A stretch of 64,000 nucleotides of DNA from an uncultured bacterium (GTDB taxonomy: Bacteria > Armatimonadota > UBA5829): assembly GCA_938074205.1 (NCBI GenBank), contig CALJES010000001.1:36268-100267 (forward strand). The letters are read 5' to 3'. The notes beneath the pieces were generated by a model. The model saw nothing but the letters and a program-made list of their open reading frames with translations, ran no database searches and was not told the origin of the DNA. This document shows positions 46,419-56,177 of this stretch, piece by piece. Position 1 is the first letter of the stretch. Each line of letters starts with the position of its first letter. The translations under genes were made by a program, and so were the position numbers.

Positions 46419-47339
46419 TTACACCGAGGTTGTAAGCTCTTTCTCGAACTGCCAGAATATGCGGCTCACGACTGCGTTGGCAACCTTGGAATAGAAGTAT
46501 AGCGGCCCTACTGAATTGATCTCGCAGACGGGGTAGCCTTTCGCTTTCATATCTTGCAAGCACTTTAGAAATGTAACAGAGCCTATTCCGGTCCCCCGCA
46601 TGCTTTCGGTAGTACCCATCGGACCAAACCACCCTGGGCGCACACCGTCGTAGCATGCAAAAGCCACAAAACGCCCGTCTTCCCAACGCTTTCCGACGAA
46701 AACAGCTATTGGGTCCATAGTCGCTGCTCTCATAACCTGATACTGCCAACCGGCTGACCAACCATCCTCCGCCATCCACTGGCGGAACCTTTCTATTTCA
46801 TCAGCCCTAAGTCGCTCAACGATAATGCCCTGCTTAGCAAGCCTCTCTTCCAAATCGCGAGTACACCAATCTGATGCACCAAGGTCAACGTCCATGTTGA
46901 ACGCTTCGCCGTACCGCTTGTAGCCTCTTCTGAGCAGGAATGCGCATGCAACTGTGTAGCGCGGATCTACGCCAGGCAGAAGGTAGTTGGGTCTGGTGAA
47001 ACCTACATTGACGGACCGCACTCCCATTTCCGCAAGCTTTCCTTCGACGCGACTGATCAACGCAGAGCCGATACCCTGATTCCGGAACTCGCTATCTACA
47101 GCAAAAAACTTTATGCCGCCGTTCCGATTTTGGTTGTCTTGCCTAGATACTGCGACTATCAAACCGCAGGGCTTGCCATTTTGAACAGCAAGTAAAGCGA
47201 GGTCTGGATCGTAATCGGGATCCCCTATCGTGTTATGCTTGAACTGATCAATAGTTGTCTGATCATACACAAGATTGCGGTTGAGAACCTCGAGTCCTTC
47301 GTCAAGATTAGAATCGGTTAGGCTAACGTATTCAATCAT
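46419..47339 (-). CDS. tandem GNAT-domain N-acetyltransferase
   Basis: Two acetyl-CoA loops (FRNQGIGSALI and MRGTGIGSVTF). ATGA overlap with the upstream hydrolase gene. Confidence 0.8.
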   Translation of the reverse strand: MIEYVSLTDSNLDEGLEVLNRNLVYDQTTIDQFKHNTIGDPDYDPDLALLAVQNGKPCGLIVAVSRQDNQNRNGGIKFFAVDSEFRNQGIGSALISRVEGKLAEMGVRSVNVGFTRPNYLLPGVDPRYTVACAFLLRRGYKRYGEAFNMDVDLGASDWCTRDLEERLAKQGIIVERLRADEIERFRQWMAEDGWSAGWQYQVMRAATMDPIAVFVGKRWEDGRFVAFACYDGVRPGWFGPMGTTESMRGTGIGSVTFLKCLQDMKAKGYPVCEINSVGPLYFYSKVANAVVSRIFWQFEKELTTSV

Positions 47340-49468
47340 TTTACATACCGCAGCAATATGCTGTCTCCTTTGCGCATTCCTACATAGTAGTCATTGGTAC
47401 GTAATTCCTGCCCGGATATGGACTCAATTACGCGAAAACTGCTTCGAAGTCGGACGTGCTTCGAACCGTTTGCGCACGAGTGTATACCCACGACCCCGTT
47501 GCCTACTGCCACAATGTCACCCGTGTCACAGTATATGTGCACACCAGCCTGCTCGGCAATATCACGCAGTAGCGACGCCGGCAATTGCAGAACGCCTGAG
47601 TATACGCTGGTCCAGCCTCCAATCTTCTTGGCCGCAACAGCAATATGGCCTCCTGAAGTATATCGTGCCAGAACTTGGACATCGGGGTCTTCGACTGCAA
47701 ACGATGGGTCCAAGCCGCCATGGTGCGCATCAAACGAGGTCCCGTCTGCCAATGTTATTCTCCCGTCCGCTTGCGCATCCTCCACAAGCTTAATACCGGT
47801 AACCTCATAGATATTTCCGACCGCGGTCTTGCCATTACGCACGATGCCCGAAGCATACATCCAAACCAGTGTGCATCCCTTTCTGCATGCATACCTTCGA
47901 ATGCCTCTGATTTGGTGCTTGTCAAGAGCGAATGTGTCCAAGAAAATGTACACTCTCGCAGGAGGAACACGGCCGTCCACCAAGTCATCAAGTAAGTATA
48001 TGCCACACGGCGCCCCGATGCGATACCACTCGCGACGGAATAATCCCAGTAACACGTTTCCTAATACACCTGACCGAGAAAGATAAAAGCAGCTTTTCTC
48101 ATCCACGATAACAGCTATCTCCGGACGGTACCTCTCCGCAGTCGTCATAATCGACTCGTATTCCTGCTTTAAGCACCCAAGAAACTGCCATAGTTCGTCG
48201 GTGGAGTACCAACCCCTGCCATAAAGGTCCATCCACCAAAGTGCTGCTCCCCTAGTTACTACGTGTGAGAAGTTGCGCGTGAGCACTCCCTTAGTCTCCT
48301 GCATATTCTGCATATAAACAACAGGATCATCAGGACTCTTGCAGCCAAGGTGTGTTCGTGTGTCGTCCTCGACAAGCCAAATTTTGCCTCCGAGGTGTAC
48401 TGAATCCACGGGTGCCATAAAGAAGCCGCCACCCCCCGGACCCCTATCAAGATAACTAACTGGCGAGCATACAATGTCTACGTACCTCGACATCAGCAAT
48501 CTTCGCAGCCCCAGATGGCCGCTCGACTGAATGCCTCGCGGAACGCCCGCAAGTTCAAAGTGATACCCATAAAACACCACTGCCAACTTGTTTGGTGTAG
48601 TTTCCTTAACAACTCTACAGAAGTACTCGACGATGTCCGCCATAGATTGGTTTTGAAATTCGTCGAAATCGAAGCACTTCTGCTGCGCAGGAAGCTGCCG
48701 AAATGAACCGCGTCCCTGTGCACGCTCCTGCTCAGTAGGAACATCAGCTGAATTTAGAGTTATCGTGCGTTCGCCCCAAGCTTTGCGGAGGTTTTGGTCT
48801 GTACCGTACTTTGACTTCAGGAACTGCCTGAATGCAAGCTGTGTCGGCGTCTCAAAACCGGCTTCGCGACCCTCCCAAATTCGGTCAAAGAACCATTCGC
48901 CGGTATTCTGACCGCACGGATGATAACCGACTATATGATTCGAATACTTACGCTCAAGATGCCTAATAAGCGATCTCAGGTGCTTGGTAGCAGCATCACG
49001 CCAAATCTTTGAGTAGATACTAGCGATGCCACGAGATCCGTCGGCATATAACATTAGCTCGTCAGGATACTGTTCACGCCACCATTGTGGAGGCCACGAC
49101 AAGCCCAAACGAGGAATGACTAGGACGCTGGGATTTACCTCAATTGCAGCATCCATGCGCCTATCTACTTCCGTGTAGTCGTATGATTCTCCATCGCGCG
49201 GCCAAGGCATGGGAAGAGGAAAGGAGATGATATTCACTCCATACTTGCCTGCAGAAGCAATTTCGGCAATCTGAACAGAGCGAAATTGCTCTTCGGTATC
49301 AAAATTCACAAAGAAAACTATCGGTGGTATTCGCTTGCCATTTATGAATAATGCGGGTCCGGACGACACCAGGCGTATCTGTGCCTGAATTTCCGACGCC
49401 ATCGCATGTGCGACGATAATACAGGGGAGCCACAATGCCACTATCACAAACGCTGTCCAACAGTTCAC
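47336..49468 (-). CDS. secreted TIM-barrel glycoside hydrolase, GH42-like
   Basis: YDYTEVDRRMDAAIEVNPSVLVIPRLGLSWPPQWWREQYPDE resembles the GH42 N-terminal barrel. GTG 49468 gives the signal peptide MNCWTAFVIVALWLPCIIVAHA. The ORF is open up to 49771, but that part is not protein-like. Confidence 0.5.
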   Translation of the reverse strand: MNCWTAFVIVALWLPCIIVAHAMASEIQAQIRLVSSGPALFINGKRIPPIVFFVNFDTEEQFRSVQIAEIASAGKYGVNIISFPLPMPWPRDGESYDYTEVDRRMDAAIEVNPSVLVIPRLGLSWPPQWWREQYPDELMLYADGSRGIASIYSKIWRDAATKHLRSLIRHLERKYSNHIVGYHPCGQNTGEWFFDRIWEGREAGFETPTQLAFRQFLKSKYGTDQNLRKAWGERTITLNSADVPTEQERAQGRGSFRQLPAQQKCFDFDEFQNQSMADIVEYFCRVVKETTPNKLAVVFYGYHFELAGVPRGIQSSGHLGLRRLLMSRYVDIVCSPVSYLDRGPGGGGFFMAPVDSVHLGGKIWLVEDDTRTHLGCKSPDDPVVYMQNMQETKGVLTRNFSHVVTRGAALWWMDLYGRGWYSTDELWQFLGCLKQEYESIMTTAERYRPEIAVIVDEKSCFYLSRSGVLGNVLLGLFRREWYRIGAPCGIYLLDDLVDGRVPPARVYIFLDTFALDKHQIRGIRRYACRKGCTLVWMYASGIVRNGKTAVGNIYEVTGIKLVEDAQADGRITLADGTSFDAHHGGLDPSFAVEDPDVQVLARYTSGGHIAVAAKKIGGWTSVYSGVLQLPASLLRDIAEQAGVHIYCDTGDIVAVGNGVVGIHSCANGSKHVRLRSSFRVIESISGQELRTNDYYVGMRKGDSILLRYVK

Positions 49469-49563
49469 ATGATACTTATTTCGACAGAGCAAAAATGTGC
49501 CTTCATCGACCGTGGTCGGCTTCGGCGTGCGAGCTTGCTTACTTGAGCTACAGACAACTCTTC

Positions 49564-49623
49564 GATAGAATTGTCTATCAATTATCGATCGTCTTTGGGC
49601 GTGATCGATCGTCTTTGGACGTA
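49564..49623. repeat. 6-bp inverted repeat followed by a tandem 20-nt direct repeat in the hydrolase upstream region
   Basis: GATAGA-ATTG-TCTATC (49564..79). Then ATCGATCGTCTTTGGGCGTG (49584..603) and ATCGATCGTCTTTGGACGTA (49604..623), 18/20 identical. Confidence 0.7.
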
Positions 49624-49739
49624 CCGTACTTGGGTGACGCACGGTGAAACGGTATAGGCTGGGAAAGCTCATATATGAGAACAAGCTCTCGTCGGCAAAA
49701 GATGTGAAATATTTCCGACTAGTAATCCAAGTTCTAATC

Positions 49740-50267
49740 TTAATTGCCGGTTGTGCCAGCTGTCGAATCATCCGAACGAGCGGGTGAGGGTATCGTCACG
49801 CCCTGCCAGGGTCTTGTACGTGATTCGAGCAACTTGCTTAATGCCGTCTTCTGTTCTTCCGTAAGCAAGCTCTTAATCGCAACAAGAGCTTTAACCAGCT
49901 CCTCAGCTATGGCCGATTCGGTCTTGCTCACCTTTTCGAATGCTGCATTCAGCTGCCTTTCATCAGTGGCAGGATTAGCAAGAGCGAGCACGAATTCCTT
50001 TGTGGCCTGCCGCTGCTGGTCAATTTTGGGCTTCATTGCCTCCTCAGTCTGCCTAAGAATCTCCGTGATCTTGTTGACTTGCTCATCTGTCAAGCTGAGA
50101 TCTTTTGTAAGACGAGGAACGGCCGCTTGTCTTACGAAGCGCAATGCCATAAGGGCGCACGGACTTGGCTCGAGTCTGGCAACTGGAGAAGCACTCTGAG
50201 CAAAAGCTGCAGCGGGTAACAGAACCAGCACGGACACTAGAATCTTGACGACTGAAGTCCTAAACAT
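49740..50267 (-). CDS. periplasmic Spy/CpxP-family (LTxxQ) protein
   Basis: Signal peptide from ATG 50267 (MFRTSVVKILVSVLVLLPAAAFA). LTxxQ repeats LSLTDEQVNKI and LLTEEQKTAL. Confidence 0.7.
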   Translation of the reverse strand: MFRTSVVKILVSVLVLLPAAAFAQSASPVARLEPSPCALMALRFVRQAAVPRLTKDLSLTDEQVNKITEILRQTEEAMKPKIDQQRQATKEFVLALANPATDERQLNAAFEKVSKTESAIAEELVKALVAIKSLLTEEQKTALSKLLESRTRPWQGVTIPSPARSDDSTAGTTGN

Positions 50268-50289
50268 TGCCTCCGCGTCCTCCCGACAG

Positions 50290-50928
50290 TTAGAACAGTG
50301 TGAGTTTAGGTTCTTTCTTCGCTTCAATCACTTTCCGTCGTGCCGCCTCAATGTCAGCGATCAGCAGGGATTTCCCGCCGTCGTAATTCTCGCCCATCTG
50401 CCGTAAGATGTAGGCCGGATGTAGAGCTGCAATAGCGTAACGTGCGTACTTCGTCGGGAAGAATTTCCCGCGCTCTTGCGTCATTTTGAAATCTTTCTTG
50501 ATAATGAACTTCGCTGCCGGTGCACCCAGACACAGTATAACGAGAGGCTGGATAACCTCAATCTGCCGTTCCAACCACGGAGTGCATGCCTCAACCTCCG
50601 CTGCGGTAGGTGGACGGTTGCGCACCCTGCCATTCTCAATTATGCAAGCACGGCATTTCAACACGTTGCATATGTAGACGTGGCGTCTTGTTATTCTGCA
50701 AGCGGCCAACGCCTCGTCTAGCAGCGCCCCTGCCCTACCGACAAACGGGCGGCCGGTAGCGTCTTCGGTTTCACCTGGACCTTCTCCCACTAGCATTAGT
50801 GGGGCTTCCGGATTCCCTTCTCCAAAGACCACGTTGCGCCGCGTTTCGGCCAGCGGGCACCTAGTGCATCTTTCGCATTCGAGTCTCAACTGTTCGAGGG
50901 CTTCGGCTGCACACACTTCCATTGCCAT
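50290..50928 (-). CDS. uracil-DNA glycosylase, family 4
   Basis: Fe-S Cys CERCTRCPL, motif A GEGPGETEDATGRPFVGRAG, motif B ALHPAYIL. Confidence 0.9.
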   Translation of the reverse strand: MAMEVCAAEALEQLRLECERCTRCPLAETRRNVVFGEGNPEAPLMLVGEGPGETEDATGRPFVGRAGALLDEALAACRITRRHVYICNVLKCRACIIENGRVRNRPPTAAEVEACTPWLERQIEVIQPLVILCLGAPAAKFIIKKDFKMTQERGKFFPTKYARYAIAALHPAYILRQMGENYDGGKSLLIADIEAARRKVIEAKKEPKLTLF

Positions 50929-50943
50929 TTCTGACCTCGGGAA

Positions 50944-51426
50944 TCAGAACCTCGATTTGAGTTTCGCATAAGTAACTTGCAGCGCTTCGGGTATGACCTT
51001 CACGTCGGCAAGAACAGGCATGAAATTTGTGTCCCCATTCCAACGTGGAACTATGTGCAGGTGCACATGGTCTGCTATGCCAGCACCGGCAGCGGTTCCA
51101 ATGTTCATGCCAACGTTGAAGCCATCAGGGCTGCAGACTTCTGACAAGACCTTAATACTCTTCTTGGTCAGCTGCATTAGCTCTAAGTTCTCATCATCGG
51201 AAAGTTCGCTTATGCTGGGAACGTGGCGATACGGAGCAACCAACAAGTGCCCGTTGGAGTACGGGTACGCATTCATTATCACGAACGCCAACCTACCGCG
51301 GCAGAGGATGAGCCGACGTTCGTCATCGTCCTCCGATGGAAAACGACAAAAAATGCAGCCTTCCTCCTTTTCAGAGACTATGTACTCGAGGCGCCAAGGG
51401 GCCCAAAGCTGCTTCATAGCTTCCAA
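50944..51426 (-). CDS. HIT-family nucleotide hydrolase/transferase
   Basis: Histidine triad HVHLHIVPRW. N-terminal WAPWRLEYI. Confidence 0.85.
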   Translation of the reverse strand: MEAMKQLWAPWRLEYIVSEKEEGCIFCRFPSEDDDERRLILCRGRLAFVIMNAYPYSNGHLLVAPYRHVPSISELSDDENLELMQLTKKSIKVLSEVCSPDGFNVGMNIGTAAGAGIADHVHLHIVPRWNGDTNFMPVLADVKVIPEALQVTYAKLKSRF

Positions 51427-51610
51427 CTCCTCATCAGGACAGGCATAATCTACATGATTTGACCCTTGTCGTCAACCACTTTCGGGCACAAGAACACGAC
51501 TTACCAAGCGCAGGGACGTTTCGAAGTGCCTTGTTCAACATTCAAGTAGTTGTGGTTCAAGCGGAGTGAGTACGACACTAGGACCAACGTTTTACGAACC
51601 GTAGTCGAAA

Positions 51611-51640
51611 TTGACTATGGGGAAAACACGGTGATATCAT
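51611..51640 (+). promoter_or_regulatory. extended -10 promoter upstream of the radical SAM-rng pair
   Basis: TTGACT (51611..16), 18-nt spacer ending in TG-A, then TATCAT (51635..40), 85 nt upstream of ATG 51725. Confidence 0.4.
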
Positions 51641-51724
51641 GCCGCCAGAGGCAAAAAGCTGTAGCCGAATCCCGCATTTCTGCCTCGTGCTCATTGCACC
51701 GCTCAGAACAACAGGCACTAAAGT

Positions 51725-54277
51725 ATGACACCAGCAACCGAGCACTCAAATCTGCGAGACCGACTTCAGGAAATCCTGCCCCATGTCACCAAACCCTCAA
51801 GATACATCGGCGGAGAACTGAACTCGATTGTCAAGCCTATCGATAGCGTCAACGTAAGGGTTGCCCTAGCGTTCCCCGACATATATGAAGTCGGAATGTC
51901 CAACTTGGGTCTGCAGATTCTTTACCACGTACTCAACGCCATGGAGGACGTCTGCGCAGAACGCGTCTTCGCGCCAGCGCAGGATATGAGAACAGAGATG
52001 CGGCGCAGTAATTTGCCATTATTCTCGCTTGAAAGCACTTCACTCGTAAAGAACTTCGACATAGTGGGGTTCTCACTTGCCTATGAACTAACCTACACCA
52101 CGGTTCTCGAAATGCTCGACCTGGCTGGAATCCCACTGCGATCGACTGAGCGCGACGAATCCGATCCAATCGTGATAGCAGGCGGACACTGTGCGACGAA
52201 TCCGGAACCGATGGCCGAATTCATAGACGCCTTCGTTATAGGTGATGGAGAAGAAGTGGTGCTGGAAATTGCTGAAGCGATCAGGAGCCACAAAGGGAAT
52301 AGATCAGCTGTCCTTCGAGCACTTTCTAAAACCGAAGGTGTTTACGTGCCTGCCATTGGCACGCCAGCAAAGATAAGTGCCCGCCGGGTGACTAATCTAG
52401 AACGAACCCCTTATCCAGTTGAACCGGTGGTTCCACACACTGAGATCGTTCACGACAGAGCAGCTGTTGAGATAATGCGAGGCTGCACAAGAGGATGCCG
52501 CTTCTGCCAAGCAGGAATGATAACACGACCGGTTCGAGAGAGGTCTCTTTCCACACTAGTACGTCAAGCCAGTGAAATCATCGCGAACACCGGTTACGAT
52601 GAAATAGCGCTGACGTCGCTTTCTAGCGCTGACTACTCTCAGATTGACGATTTGGTCAAAATCCTAATGGACACCTTTGAACCATGCAAGGTTGGTGTTT
52701 CTCTGCCAAGCCTTCGAGCTGATGCAGAATGTGTACGATTGGCGAGTGAGATACAGCGTGTCAGAAAGAGCGGCCTGACATTTGCGCCAGAAGCAGGTAC
52801 ACAGCGCCTTAGAAACGTGATCAACAAGAATGTAAGCGAGGAGGATCTTCTGCGTGCAGTTAGCGCTGCTGTCGAAGCAGGTTGGAGGCGCGTCAAGCTA
52901 TACTTTATGATAGGATTGCCCACCGAAACTGAAGAGGATATTGTAGGCATTGCGGAACTTGTGAACAAGGTATTGGAAGTCGGCAAGAAGCATGGGAAGC
53001 CGATGAGCATTTCATTGACCATCTCACCCTTTGTACCGAAACCCCACACTCCCTTCCAATGGCGCGGAATGACTCCCCCTGAAGAATTGGAACGGCGAAT
53101 ATCAGCGCTCAGGAAACTAATCCGAAGCAAGAACGTCGTTCTAAACTGGCATGACCCGGCTGCCAGCCGCATCGAAGCAGCTCTAGCTCGAGGGGACCGC
53201 GCTGTCGGCAAGGTGATATATGAATCCTGGGCGCGAGGGGGTTACCTCGAGCAAGACTATTTCGAAGCCAATCGCTGGCTGGAAGCTTTTGACGCTGCAG
53301 GATTGAAAATCGACGATTATGCAAATAGGCTTATCCCCTATAATGAGCCGCTGCCGTGGGATCACATAGATACCGGAGTGTCGAAAAGTTTCCTGATATC
53401 CGAAGACAAAAGGGCTGCTCGAGGAGAAACGACCCCAGACTGCCGGTGGGACGGCTGTGTCGGTTGCGGATTGCGGTGCCCCTCGCCAACCACGGAGCAG
53501 GCTTACAGTCCGGTGCGACCGGCTCAAGTGCCTGGCACGCAGTGTCAATCATCCAGAGACGACATCTCGGCAAGTAAGAATTTCTGGGATGCGTTTTGCG
53601 TTTTCGAGAAGCGGGACCAAGCGAGATGGTTGGGGCATTTGGACGTTGCCAGGGCTTTTGAGAGAGCGGTGCGCATGTCTGGCTTGAATGTGGAGTACAG
53701 CCAGGGCTTTAACCCCCGGCCGCGCATATCTTTTCCGTCGGCGCTACCTCTAGGTGCCACAGGAGAGAACGAACTAGTGACAATTAGGTTAAAAACGCCG
53801 TATTCACCGCAAGATTTCATGGATGCTATCAACAGCCACTTACCGACCGGAATCCGTGTTGTATCGACTACTATTCGAAAAGGCAGTCATAAGCTGCCAA
53901 CAATTCGCGCCTCAGAGTATCTGGTTACTGTTGACCTGCCAGAAGGAACCACCTTAGAAGACGCAAAGAACGCGGTGAACCAATTGATGTCACTGCCGGT
54001 AATAGTTCACGAACGTCACTCCAACCACAAGATGCGGACGATAGACCTACGATCGGGAATCGAATCGCTCACTGTGTGTGCAAGCACGACAGCCGGCGGT
54101 TCGGTGCTTCGAATGATTCTACCCCAACTGGATTTCGCTGTAAAACCATCCGAAGTAGTAGAGTGCCTGTGCAATCTCTTGCCCGGGATAAGAATCCGAT
54201 CGATCCACAGGAAGCGCCTCATAACGAAGGAAATCGAGCACAAGAAGCGTAACCGCGGACCATCTACAAATCAGTGA
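51725..54277 (+). CDS. TIGR03960-type B12-binding-like radical SAM protein fused to a TIGR03936/DUF2344-type domain
   Basis: MRGCTRGCRFCQAGMITRP cluster motif. The C-terminal ~230 aa (FEKRDQARWLGHLDVARAFERAVRMSGL...GFNPRPRISF) is the DUF2344 module. Confidence 0.8.
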   Translation: MTPATEHSNLRDRLQEILPHVTKPSRYIGGELNSIVKPIDSVNVRVALAFPDIYEVGMSNLGLQILYHVLNAMEDVCAERVFAPAQDMRTEMRRSNLPLFSLESTSLVKNFDIVGFSLAYELTYTTVLEMLDLAGIPLRSTERDESDPIVIAGGHCATNPEPMAEFIDAFVIGDGEEVVLEIAEAIRSHKGNRSAVLRALSKTEGVYVPAIGTPAKISARRVTNLERTPYPVEPVVPHTEIVHDRAAVEIMRGCTRGCRFCQAGMITRPVRERSLSTLVRQASEIIANTGYDEIALTSLSSADYSQIDDLVKILMDTFEPCKVGVSLPSLRADAECVRLASEIQRVRKSGLTFAPEAGTQRLRNVINKNVSEEDLLRAVSAAVEAGWRRVKLYFMIGLPTETEEDIVGIAELVNKVLEVGKKHGKPMSISLTISPFVPKPHTPFQWRGMTPPEELERRISALRKLIRSKNVVLNWHDPAASRIEAALARGDRAVGKVIYESWARGGYLEQDYFEANRWLEAFDAAGLKIDDYANRLIPYNEPLPWDHIDTGVSKSFLISEDKRAARGETTPDCRWDGCVGCGLRCPSPTTEQAYSPVRPAQVPGTQCQSSRDDISASKNFWDAFCVFEKRDQARWLGHLDVARAFERAVRMSGLNVEYSQGFNPRPRISFPSALPLGATGENELVTIRLKTPYSPQDFMDAINSHLPTGIRVVSTTIRKGSHKLPTIRASEYLVTVDLPEGTTLEDAKNAVNQLMSLPVIVHERHSNHKMRTIDLRSGIESLTVCASTTAGGSVLRMILPQLDFAVKPSEVVECLCNLLPGIRIRSIHRKRLITKEIEHKKRNRGPSTNQ

Positions 54278-54359
54278 GATAAGATGCAAAACAGCTTTGC
54301 TAACAGACCCAATGAACCAGGTTTTAAGGCACCCTAGGCAAGAAAGGAAGTGACGCGGA

Positions 54360-56075
54360 GTGTCCAAGGAAATCCTAGTAAACGTCGACAGTCGAGAAAC
54401 GCGCGTGGCAATCATTGAGTCTGGAAAGCTCGTTGAGCTTGCAGTCGAACGTGAGGAGCGAGTCGTTGGAAGCATCTACAAGTGTAAAGTTGTCAACGTC
54501 CTAGCGGGAATGGACGCCGCTTTTGTTGACATCGGACTAGAGCGAAACGCTTTCTTGTATGTGGGAGATGTTCTCCCAGATACCGATGAAGAGTTCCCAG
54601 CAGTGCGAAAAGAATACGGGCGCCCTATGAGCATCAAGGATGTACTAAAGCCTGGCCAGGAACTGCTTGTTCAGGTGGTAAAGGGTCCGCGGGGAACGAA
54701 AGGTGCACGCGTATCGACGAGGATAGCCCTTCCGGGGCGGTACTTGGTTCTAATGCCAGACGCGGACAACGTCGGTGTATCTCGCAAGATCGAAATTGAT
54801 GGCGAGCGAGAGCGACTCAGAAAACTAGCCGAAATGATGAGGCAACCTGGGTTCGGTCTTATAGTGCGCACCGAAGCGGAAAGCCGAAGTGAAGCCGAAC
54901 TCCGCAAGGATTTGGACTTTCTAATGCGGATGTGGAACCAAATACAGGAAAAAGCGGCAAAGATTTCGGCGCCTGGATTGGTTCATCAGGATTTGAGCCT
55001 CGTATACAAGACTATTCGAGACTCATTCAGCTCAGATGTAAGCAAAATGATCATTGATTCGCCGGTGGAATATGAGAAAGCGATGGAGCTAGTGGAGCTG
55101 CTCTCACCGAAAATGAAGTCTCGACTGCATCTTTACGATGAGCCAGAGCCCATATTCGAGAGATATGGCGTAGAACGGGAGATTGAAGATCTGCTTCGAC
55201 GGACAGTGTGGCTGAAATCAGGCGGGCACGTAACTTTCGACCTCACTGAAGCGCTTACGGCAGTAGACGTTAACACTGGCAAGTTTGTTGGAACCACTAG
55301 CCTTTCCGATACAATCTTGCGCACAAACCTCGAGGCCGTAGTTGAAATATCCAGGCAGCTACGACTGCGCGACATCGGAGGGATAATCGTTATTGATTTC
55401 ATCGATATGTCCTCAGTCAAAGACCGCCAAAAGGTAGTAAGCGCCCTGGAAAAGGAGCTGCAAAAGGACCGGACACGAACCAAGATTTGCCATATCAGCC
55501 CATTGGGCCTCGTTGAGATGACGCGAAAGCGAACAGGCGAAACTCTCGTCGAAATTATGACCGAACCGTGCCCTTATTGCCAAGGAAGGGGACGGGTAGA
55601 AAGCGCGCAGACAGTGAGTCTAAAAATTGAACGGGAACTGCGGCGGTCAGTAATAGAATCCGATGATGAAGCTTTTCTGGTGAACGCCCATCCTGAGGTA
55701 GCCATGCACTTGGTCGGTAGTATGGGCAAAGTGATCGACGAAATCGAGCGCCGTATAAAACGGGCGGTGTATGTACGGGCAAATGAATCCATGCACATCG
55801 AACAGTACGATATTATCCCAGGTGACATGCAAGAGCTGGATCGACACCTGCTTCCCTGGAAGCAGGGGGACATAGTAGAATGCCAAGTAGTAGTAAACCC
55901 ATTTGCCAGTTTGCCCAGGGCAAGCGCTTGGTTGGATGGTTACCTCGTCGATCTGGAAAACGGCGGAAAATACATAGGCAAACGCGCGAAGGTGAAGCTT
56001 ACGGCGGTCAACCGATCTTACGCCTGCGGCCAAGTATTAAGCGATAAGCTTGTTGACAAGGTTGTCGCTTCGTGA
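54360..56075 (+). CDS. rng: Rne/Rng-family ribonuclease (RNase G-like)
   Basis: N-terminal S1 domain (GSIYKCKVVNVLAGMDAAFVDIG), DNase I-like and Zn-link CPYCQGRG. GTG start. Confidence 0.9.
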   Translation: MSKEILVNVDSRETRVAIIESGKLVELAVEREERVVGSIYKCKVVNVLAGMDAAFVDIGLERNAFLYVGDVLPDTDEEFPAVRKEYGRPMSIKDVLKPGQELLVQVVKGPRGTKGARVSTRIALPGRYLVLMPDADNVGVSRKIEIDGERERLRKLAEMMRQPGFGLIVRTEAESRSEAELRKDLDFLMRMWNQIQEKAAKISAPGLVHQDLSLVYKTIRDSFSSDVSKMIIDSPVEYEKAMELVELLSPKMKSRLHLYDEPEPIFERYGVEREIEDLLRRTVWLKSGGHVTFDLTEALTAVDVNTGKFVGTTSLSDTILRTNLEAVVEISRQLRLRDIGGIIVIDFIDMSSVKDRQKVVSALEKELQKDRTRTKICHISPLGLVEMTRKRTGETLVEIMTEPCPYCQGRGRVESAQTVSLKIERELRRSVIESDDEAFLVNAHPEVAMHLVGSMGKVIDEIERRIKRAVYVRANESMHIEQYDIIPGDMQELDRHLLPWKQGDIVECQVVVNPFASLPRASAWLDGYLVDLENGGKYIGKRAKVKLTAVNRSYACGQVLSDKLVDKVVAS

Positions 56076-56096
56076 TAGGATATTATGCGTGGAAAG

Positions 56097-56120
56097 GGGG
56101 CATTGGCATGCCAATGCCCC
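56097..56120. terminator. perfect 24-nt palindrome after rng
   Basis: GGGGCATTGGCA/TGCCAATGCCCC. No clear U tract on either side. Confidence 0.4.
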
Positions 56121-56177
56121 ACTTACTCACTTAGGATGCGGATAGAGCAAAGAGATACTTAACACGGGGGTGTTAAA

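Noticed and set aside
49584-49623. CRISPR-like array
   Set aside because: There are only two contiguous 20-nt copies with no spacers, and no cas genes anywhere in the window. It is a simple tandem duplication.
49469-49771. 101-codon N-terminal extension of the GH42-like ORF
   Set aside because: The sequence is not protein-like, overlaps the 3' end of the Spy-like gene and contains the tandem DNA repeat. A good signal peptide begins at GTG 49468.
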